Positions 57,864 through 64,000 of a stretch of 64,000 nt of DNA are shown here, piece by piece. A model generated the notes under the pieces. It did not search any database and was not told the DNA's origin. It saw nothing but the letters and a program-made list of their open reading frames with translations. Location of the stretch: sequence record OV754623; one strand, 5' to 3'. Position numbers and translations under genes: made by a program. The first letter of the stretch is position 1. Every line of letters starts with the position of its first letter. The DNA is from Escherichia phage UGJNEcP1.

Positions 57864-57973
57864 ATTTACCCTTAATTAACTAAGCATTGATAATCATTAA
57901 ACTATATTGCGAATAAAATTCTGGACCAAAACGAAAAATCGTATCATTTATAGTATCCATAATGTAATTCAAT

Positions 57974-58444
57974 TTAATCATGTTTCCACACCCCATCGGT
58001 ATTTGACCAAAGTCGCTGATTATCTGATCCTCGCCACAGTTTTTTGGTCGGAAGATTTTTCTCATACTTCCCATCAATAATAACATCAACATATTTAAGC
58101 ATTTCTAGCTGTTTAATATCTTCAAACTTATATCCTGTCCACAACCAAATGCTTTTATTGGGATAAAGATTTTTTACTGTTTGAACAATGCAATGAATAA
58201 CATCTCGATTGTCAGGATAGAGAGGGTCACCTCCGGTTATAGTCAATCCTTCTATATAATCATTATTCAAATAATCAATTAATTGTTCTAGTGTCTCTCT
58301 GGTGAATGGAATACCATTTCTAGCATTCCATGTTGATTTATTATAACACCCTTCGCATTTATGCAAACAACCTGTAACGAAAAGAACGACCCTGCAACCA
58401 GGGCCATTCACAAAATCGCAAGGATAAAATCTATCATAATTCAT
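57974..58444 (-). CDS. nrdG: Anaerobic ribonucleotide reductase activating protein NrdG (radical SAM)
   Basis: 156 aa; C-x3-C-x2-C within GCLHKCEGCYN; overlaps the nrdD stop. Confidence 0.85.
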   Translation of the reverse strand: MNYDRFYPCDFVNGPGCRVVLFVTGCLHKCEGCYNKSTWNARNGIPFTRETLEQLIDYLNNDYIEGLTITGGDPLYPDNRDVIHCIVQTVKNLYPNKSIWLWTGYKFEDIKQLEMLKYVDVIIDGKYEKNLPTKKLWRGSDNQRLWSNTDGVWKHD

Positions 58445-60258
58445 TGGTGTTTAACCCTATGCATGATTTCTTTATTTTTACCGAGATTAAATCCGCGTTC
58501 GTTCGGGTTTCCCAAATATCCGCATGTTCTTCTTATGGTGTTCATCTTTTTAGGATCAGTTTCTCCACAAATAGAACAAACAAATCCGTTTTCAGTAGGA
58601 GTCATTTCATGGGTACTTCCGCATGTAAAACATTTATCTACTGGCATATTAACACCAAAATAATCTAAATGTTGTGCAGCATAATCCCATACGGCCTCAA
58701 GACCTTTTAGGTTATTTTTCATATCAGGAAGTTCAACATAAGAAATGTGACCGCCTGTCGCAATGAAATGATATGGTGCTTCACGAGAAATTTTTTCAAA
58801 CGGAGTGATATTTTCTTCTACTGAAACGTGGAAACTGTTAGTGTACCAGCCTTTATCAGTAACATCCTTTACACTTCCATATTTTTCGGTATCAAGTTTA
58901 CAAAAGCGATAACACAAGTTTTCAGCAGGAGTAGAATACAAGCTAAAAGCAAATCCAGTTCTTTCAGTCCACTGTTTAAGATGAGCATTCATTTTAGTCA
59001 AAATTTCCTGACCAATATCACGACCGACAAGAATATTCAATTCGTGAATACCAATGTATCCTAGGGAAACTGAACTTCTACCGTTTTTAAATAACTCAAT
59101 TATATCGTCATCAGGTTTAAGACGAACCCCGAATGCACCTTCTTGGTAAAGAATAGGAGCTACAGTTGCTTTAACACCCTTTAAAGAACTAATTCTACAC
59201 ATCAAGGCTTCAAAACACAAATCCATTCGTTCATTAAATAGCTCAACAAATTTCTGTTCGTTAAATTGTGTTCCAATATAAGAATCTAATGCGATACGAG
59301 GAAGATTCAGTGTTACAACACCAAGATTATTACGTCCATCAAGAATTTCATTACCAGTCGAATCTTTCCATACGCTCAAGAAACTACGGCAACCCATTGG
59401 AGAAACTGGAATTGAAGAACCAGTAATAGCTTTATTATTCTTAACCGAAATAATGTCAGGATACATTCTTTTGCTTGCACATTCTAACGCAAGTTGTTTA
59501 ATATCATAGTTTGGATCATCTTTATAAAGATTAACACCTTCTTCAACAAACATAACAAGTTTAGGAAAAATAGGAGTTATTCCGTCGCGTCCGAGACCTT
59601 TAATACGATTTTTCAGAATTGCCTTCTGAATCATTCGTTCGGTCCAGTCAGTTCCCGTACCAAATGTAATTGTTACAAAAGGCGTTTGTCCGTTTGAACT
59701 AAAGAGAGTATTTACTTCATACTCATACGCTTGAAATGCGTCATAGACATCTTTTTCTGTTTTGGATTGAGCATAATTCAACGCATCAGCGATTTGCCAT
59801 TTTTCTGCATCCTCGATATGTTTTGCATAGGTGCGTTTAACATAAGGAGAAAGAACTTTATCGACATTCGCAAAAGTCGTTCCGCCATATTGATGAGAAG
59901 CAACCTGTGCAGTAATTTGTGCCATAATTGCAGTAGCAACACCAATCGATTTAGGCGTTTCAATTTGAGCATTGCCTAATTTAAATCCATTCTCAAGCAT
60001 CCCCTTTAAATCGACTAAACAGCAATTAGTAAATGGAAGAGCAGGAGAATAATCAATATCATGCATGTGAATGATTCCACTTTCATGCGCATTCATAATA
60101 AAAGACGGGACCATATTTTTGGCAATGTGCTTAGACACAATACCAGCCATAAGGTCCCGTTGAGTTGGAAAAACACGAGAATCTTTATTAGCATTCTCGT
60201 TCAAAAGATCTTTATTAGTTTTATAAATTAATCCTTCAATTTCTTTTTCAATTTTCAT
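58441..60258 (-). CDS. nrdD: Anaerobic ribonucleoside-triphosphate reductase NrdD
   Basis: 605 aa; C-terminal zinc-ribbon cysteines and glycyl-radical motif RRTCGYLG; uninterrupted ORF. Confidence 0.9.
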   Translation of the reverse strand: MKIEKEIEGLIYKTNKDLLNENANKDSRVFPTQRDLMAGIVSKHIAKNMVPSFIMNAHESGIIHMHDIDYSPALPFTNCCLVDLKGMLENGFKLGNAQIETPKSIGVATAIMAQITAQVASHQYGGTTFANVDKVLSPYVKRTYAKHIEDAEKWQIADALNYAQSKTEKDVYDAFQAYEYEVNTLFSSNGQTPFVTITFGTGTDWTERMIQKAILKNRIKGLGRDGITPIFPKLVMFVEEGVNLYKDDPNYDIKQLALECASKRMYPDIISVKNNKAITGSSIPVSPMGCRSFLSVWKDSTGNEILDGRNNLGVVTLNLPRIALDSYIGTQFNEQKFVELFNERMDLCFEALMCRISSLKGVKATVAPILYQEGAFGVRLKPDDDIIELFKNGRSSVSLGYIGIHELNILVGRDIGQEILTKMNAHLKQWTERTGFAFSLYSTPAENLCYRFCKLDTEKYGSVKDVTDKGWYTNSFHVSVEENITPFEKISREAPYHFIATGGHISYVELPDMKNNLKGLEAVWDYAAQHLDYFGVNMPVDKCFTCGSTHEMTPTENGFVCSICGETDPKKMNTIRRTCGYLGNPNERGFNLGKNKEIMHRVKHQ

Positions 60259-60728
60259 TTTAAACTCTTTCTAAGCTGCTTTTTGAATGAAGCTATTAAT
60301 TGTGTTTTAGTATCAGATTCATTATATTCAAATCCTCTTTGAAGCATCTCAGCCATCATTTCCTCTTTACCTAGTCTTGAGAACTCTTTAGTTTTGTCTG
60401 GAACAAAATTAGGATGGATATTATTATCAGAATAATCTTGTTTCAAATAAACAAGAAGAGCTTCAAGCCATTCTAAGTAGTCAACGTTTTGACCTTTCAA
60501 ACCGGAACGGTTGAACTTATGCTTCATTTGACCTTCTGCTGCGTTGCACAGATTACAGAGTAATCCACGAACTCTACCGGCTTTTGGCCCGTTTAATTCG
60601 TGGTCGTGGTCAAGATGGTTACCTTGAACATCAGGGTCTAATTCACGGTGGCAAATAGGACACTTACCGTTCTGTGCATCATAAAATTTTTGTTTTTCTT
60701 CTTTATATTTTGCGCCTGATAATAACAT
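60255..60728 (-). CDS. 49: Endonuclease VII gp49 (Holliday junction resolvase)
   Basis: 157 aa; near-identical to remembered T4 gp49 (KYKEEKQKFYDAQNGKC.IC.REL.PDVQ.NHLDHDHELNGPKAG.VRGLLCNLCNAAEGQMKHKFNRSGLKGQ). Confidence 0.95.
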   Translation of the reverse strand: MLLSGAKYKEEKQKFYDAQNGKCPICHRELDPDVQGNHLDHDHELNGPKAGRVRGLLCNLCNAAEGQMKHKFNRSGLKGQNVDYLEWLEALLVYLKQDYSDNNIHPNFVPDKTKEFSRLGKEEMMAEMLQRGFEYNESDTKTQLIASFKKQLRKSLK

Positions 60729-60756
60729 GATAAACCCTTACCTTAAATAGATAAGG

Positions 60757-60764
60757 GTATTTAT
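60757..60764 (-). promoter_or_regulatory. T4-type late promoter (TATAAATA) for gene 49
   Basis: Minus-strand TATAAATA about 30 nt upstream of the gene 49 ATG. Confidence 0.5.
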
Positions 60765-60776
60765 AATTTAGTAAAC

Positions 60777-60956
60777 GTTATAAAAGTCTCGATGAAAACG
60801 TTTATATTGACGAATCATTTTCTTAGTAGGACGAGTTTCTGAAATAATTGAAGTCCTCATATTTGGATTGTTTGGGGCCCCAATCATAATAAATTTCCAG
60901 GATTTTTGCCCATTTTTTCTTTCACCATAAAATAATTCAGTTTTCATAATAAACCT
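60777..60956 (-). CDS. Small protein with basic RPTK tail (paralog 1)
   Basis: Hand-translated MKTELFYGERKNGQKSWKFIMIGAPNNPNMRTSIISETRPTKKMIRQYKRFHRDFYNVY; below the track cutoff. Confidence 0.4.
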
Positions 60957-61370
60957 TTAACTTAAACGTCTTTCTAAATATTCAATGTATTCCGCTGCGG
61001 CTTGCATCAGATTACCTTCATAGCCATCGTTATTTTCTTGTCCAGCTAATTTAGCTAACGCATAAGAAATTCGTTCACCTTCGAATTCGCCAAGTCCACC
61101 ATCACAAACTACTTGGTCAATTTCTTCGAGTTCATCTATTGAATGGGATTCCCAGAAGCACCAAAGAGAAGTATCACGGTCATAGATGCAAAGTTTCTCA
61201 CCTGTGTTCAACATTACTTCGATAATGCCATGGTCGCCATAACCATCTTCGGTAGTAGTACCAATTACCTTGATGATCGTATCTTTCTTTAATTCAGGAA
61301 ACTTGACTTGTAGTTCTTCATCTTCTTTAACAATCTTGAACCATTTACCGCGAGTTTCAGAAATATTCAT
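60957..61370 (-). CDS. Hypothetical acidic protein (about 137 aa)
   Basis: From the internal Met MNISETRGKW; the track N-terminal extension overlaps the neighbour. Confidence 0.45.
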   Translation of the reverse strand: MNISETRGKWFKIVKEDEELQVKFPELKKDTIIKVIGTTTEDGYGDHGIIEVMLNTGEKLCIYDRDTSLWCFWESHSIDELEEIDQVVCDGGLGEFEGERISYALAKLAGQENNDGYEGNLMQAAAEYIEYLERRLS

Positions 61371-61371
61371 A

Positions 61372-61542
61372 TCAATATTCTCTATAAAAGTTACGATGAG
61401 AACGTTTAGCTTTGCGAAGCTGACGTTTAGTAGGACGAACTGTAAATGGTTGTCCAGAGAAAAAATTCGGATCGGTTTTAATAAGCAAATACCAATCATG
61501 TTTGCCATTTTTTAATAAACGGTACAATAATTTAACTTGCAT
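61372..61542 (-). CDS. Small protein with basic RPTK tail (paralog 2)
   Basis: From MQVKLLYRLLKNGKHDWYLLIKTDPN...VRPTKRQLRKAKR; clear similarity to the 60777-60956 ORF. Confidence 0.4.
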   Translation of the reverse strand: MQVKLLYRLLKNGKHDWYLLIKTDPNFFSGQPFTVRPTKRQLRKAKRSHRNFYREY

Positions 61543-61670
61543 AATAATCTCTTCCCATCTCCATATCAATTAATTCATTTATTGAAGGTTCATCATAACA
61601 TGTTTCTTCGTCGTTGTAAACCGTTTCGACGTCTGGCTCGACAGTCTCCCATCGAGCAGAATACCACGGT

Positions 61671-62027
61671 TTAACCCCGGAGTTTATTGAGCTCTTCATA
61701 ATCAACCCAGGATTCTAGCCCAGATGGCAAATCAGATTCAATGTTCCACAGAAGCTCTTCAATGGCTTGCAGGCGATTATATTCTTCAACGGTAATGGTA
61801 ACCATTGGTGCAACCGGTTCTGCCTTTTTAACCATCATATCGTTCATCAGGACGTAAAGGTCATCACGAACGACAGTGTCGTTCCAACCCCATGATTTGG
61901 CTTCGTAAGCTAATGATGAAGGGAGCACATTTAAAACTTCAATAATAGTTGGAGCATCAGGACCAAGTTCATTGGCACAAACTTCGTATACATCTTGGAA
62001 ATCTTTAAGATTTAATGAATATGTCAT
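61671..62027 (-). CDS. Hypothetical acidic protein (118 aa)
   Basis: ORF. Confidence 0.5.
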   Translation of the reverse strand: MTYSLNLKDFQDVYEVCANELGPDAPTIIEVLNVLPSSLAYEAKSWGWNDTVVRDDLYVLMNDMMVKKAEPVAPMVTITVEEYNRLQAIEELLWNIESDLPSGLESWVDYEELNKLRG

Positions 62028-62287
62028 TTAAAATATTCTCGCAGTTGATCAAATCCACCAATGTGACTTCCGTCAGGAGCAAACACTTGAGGCATAGTCA
62101 ATCCAACTTGTGATTCGCGTCCAAGCTTAACAAGAAGCTCAGTAATTTTCTCATCGTCTAACACACCTTTTTCTGGCATAACATTAATGAATTCGAATGG
62201 CTGTTTCTTAACAGTCAGCAATCGTTTCGCATTATCACAATAAATGCATTTATGAATAGTAGAGTCATACCCATACACTTTAAACAT
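62024..62287 (-). CDS. nrdC: Glutaredoxin/thioredoxin NrdC
   Basis: From MFKVYGYDS; near-identical to remembered T4 NrdC (HKC.YCDNAKRLLTVKKQPFEFIN.MPEKGV, LTMPQVFAPDGSHIGGFDQLREYFK). Confidence 0.9.
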   Translation of the reverse strand: MFKVYGYDSTIHKCIYCDNAKRLLTVKKQPFEFINVMPEKGVLDDEKITELLVKLGRESQVGLTMPQVFAPDGSHIGGFDQLREYFK

Positions 62288-62693
62288 TATTTTTCCTTTC
62301 ATCGATTAAATATGCAACGCCAAATACAATACATGTAATAAAACCTGTGATACAGATAGAAACCAACAACACCGTACCAAAGAACCAAATCAGGTTATCT
62401 TTAGTAGTTTGTTTGATATCCATCTCACGAATTTCTATAGCTATCGTATCACCTTTATTCAGAAGCGTATAAAACGACGGTGATACATGCCTGTCAAAAA
62501 CTCGACCTTGTTCATCTTTATAAACTGCAATAAATTCTAATTTAGAATATTTTCCTGTAGATTGACCTGAAATTAATTCCACTACCTCCACAGGAATTAC
62601 TTTAGTTTCCATGTAAGTATTCTGGCTGTTCCAAATGAATGGAATAATAGCAAAAACTAAAGCTGCGATAAAACAACGAAGGCTATATCTCAT
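62280..62693 (-). CDS. Membrane protein (137 aa)
   Basis: N- and C-terminal hydrophobic segments. Confidence 0.5.
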   Translation of the reverse strand: MRYSLRCFIAALVFAIIPFIWNSQNTYMETKVIPVEVVELISGQSTGKYSKLEFIAVYKDEQGRVFDRHVSPSFYTLLNKGDTIAIEIREMDIKQTTKDNLIWFFGTVLLVSICITGFITCIVFGVAYLIDERKNNV

Positions 62694-62998
62694 TATAATG
62701 TTCTCTCAAATTTGTGGAAGCATTTACGGCATTTCAATTTCAAGTTATCAGTGGTCCAGTTAACCAGTTGAACTTGGATAGTTCCACATTCCGGGCACGG
62801 ATGTTTTGCTGCCGATTTGGCAGCATTTTCACGTCGTTCAACCATTTTCATTATTTCGTTCCATGCCGGAGGAACGAACTCTTCTTCAATGTGGATTTTA
62901 TCTCGTTGAACAAATTCAATCTTTGAACTATCGTCAATAAACTTAACCAAGCCGTGATTAGTGCTCATATCAATATCCTCTAAAAGACGTAGGTTCAT
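62693..62998 (-). CDS. Zinc-finger protein (101 aa)
   Basis: C-terminal CPECG...CRKC cysteine pairs. Confidence 0.5.
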   Translation of the reverse strand: MNLRLLEDIDMSTNHGLVKFIDDSSKIEFVQRDKIHIEEEFVPPAWNEIMKMVERRENAAKSAAKHPCPECGTIQVQLVNWTTDNLKLKCRKCFHKFERTL

Positions 62999-63945
62999 TA
63001 TAACACCTCAATGGCATTTCGTAAACCGTCCGCTTTCGCATTCAGAGCTTTTAACGATTTAGTTTGTTCTGCAATCTGGGCTTCGACTTCTTTCAGACGA
63101 GATTTGAGATATTCGCGTTCTTCTCTTAAGTTATCAACTTTTTCTGCTTTAGGCTCTTTAATAGGCTTAGGCTTATACTCGTTAGGGTTCTTCAACTTAA
63201 TTTGAATGCGAGAACTGTATAACATTGAACCATTATCTTCGGTTTCATCATACATTTCTACCACGTCCATGATTCTTAACATCATGCGAAGTTTATAAGA
63301 CAGCGAACGAATGGTTTTATTGTGCTTCTTAATTTCTTCAGCTTTCATGGTGCCGAGATTACGTGAGTAGCAATAAGGAACCTGGATATCAATTGACAAT
63401 GATGCGTTACCATTACCGGTTGGTTTGAATACTGCAGTAACCCAATCTTTAACATGAACTTTATTTGTACGATCATCGCCGCCTGTGAATAATTTACGAG
63501 AATGTTTAAAAAGCATATTCACTTGGTTATTGAATTCACAAGCAAATTTATCAGCAAATTTAGTTTCAGGAATGGTAGATAACCAATCGGCCAAATGAGT
63601 CTTTTTAACATCATTAACAATAGTGAATTCAACCAAATCGGTTTTAGATGTCACAGATTTAATAAAGCTCGGCTTCATAAAGTTTTTGATGTTATCACGA
63701 GCTACAGTAGAAGATAATAAACGAGAACGTTTGAACCATTTAAGCAGTGTCCCTAATGAATGAGAATAGGCATTTTGAGTATCTTTACAGATATGATTTT
63801 CTTGGCCAACATATGTAAGAAAATCACGAAGAATACTATAAACCACGCCTTTATGTGGAACATCAGTCCAAGCACCAGTAGCACGTTGAGCGTGAGCGTT
63901 ATCGATAAGACCTGCAAAGTATTCAATGTAATGTGAACGTGTCAT
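62998..63945 (-). CDS. Hypothetical protein (315 aa) with C-terminal coiled coil
   Basis: ORF; C-terminal Lys/Glu-rich heptad-like region. Confidence 0.55.
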   Translation of the reverse strand: MTRSHYIEYFAGLIDNAHAQRATGAWTDVPHKGVVYSILRDFLTYVGQENHICKDTQNAYSHSLGTLLKWFKRSRLLSSTVARDNIKNFMKPSFIKSVTSKTDLVEFTIVNDVKKTHLADWLSTIPETKFADKFACEFNNQVNMLFKHSRKLFTGGDDRTNKVHVKDWVTAVFKPTGNGNASLSIDIQVPYCYSRNLGTMKAEEIKKHNKTIRSLSYKLRMMLRIMDVVEMYDETEDNGSMLYSSRIQIKLKNPNEYKPKPIKEPKAEKVDNLREEREYLKSRLKEVEAQIAEQTKSLKALNAKADGLRNAIEVL

Positions 63946-63974
63946 AATATTTTCCTCTCGTTAAGATAGATTCA

Positions 63975-64000
63975 TTATACTCCAACCATCCTTGGTTGTA
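63975..64000 (-). promoter_or_regulatory. Early promoter truncated at the window edge
   Basis: Same tatactccaaccatccttggttgta element as at 22121-22148; the -35 runs off the window. Confidence 0.4.

Noticed and set aside
1-64000. tRNA genes, CRISPR arrays, integrase/attachment sites
   Set aside because: No cloverleaf-like GC-rich 70-90 nt segments, no regularly spaced repeats and no tyrosine/serine recombinase-like ORFs were seen; the window is densely protein-coding lytic phage DNA.

Overview
This window reads as a contiguous segment of a T4-like (T-even, Tevenvirinae) myovirus genome, in reverse orientation to the usual T4 map. All calls rest on reading the six-frame translations and the DNA by eye against remembered T4 protein families; nothing was searched or computed. 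Bases 1-5142 carry plus-strand late genes (long tail fibre 36, 37, 38 and holin t). From 5143 to the end, almost everything is minus-strand early/middle genes in T4 order: asiA, motA, topoisomerase 52, ndd, rIIB, rIIA, 39, dexA, dda, modA, modB, soc, 56, 61, 41, uvsX, 42, 43, regA, 62, 44, 45, 46, 47, 55, nrdG, nrdD, 49, nrdC. Two slots differ from T4 and are the main interest. Between uvsX and gene 43 the beta-gt/imm slot holds a compact module (37061-43611): an arabinose-5-phosphate-isomerase-like SIS protein, a fused sugar-1-phosphate nucleotidyltransferase / kinase, a small HAD phosphatase, a Cys-rich U32-like protein, dCMP hydroxymethylase, a 299-aa unknown and a thymidylate-kinase-like protein. 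Between rIIA and gene 39 sits a GT4-like glycosyltransferase in place of T4 gene 60, gene 39 is one unsplit 605-aa ORF, and no alpha-gt lies between 47 and 55. Together this suggests a non-glucose (probably pentose/arabinose) hypermodification of hmC DNA; whether it is already described cannot be settled from sequence alone. Other points of interest are a 10-gene island between 41 and 61 (including a possible minimal ADP-ribosyltransferase-like protein), a tandem three-gene paralog family, a small family of basic-tailed proteins, and many sigma70-type early promoters whose -10 element sits inside variable inverted repeats. Coordinates for ORFs shorter than 60 aa were derived by hand and may be off by 1-3 nt.
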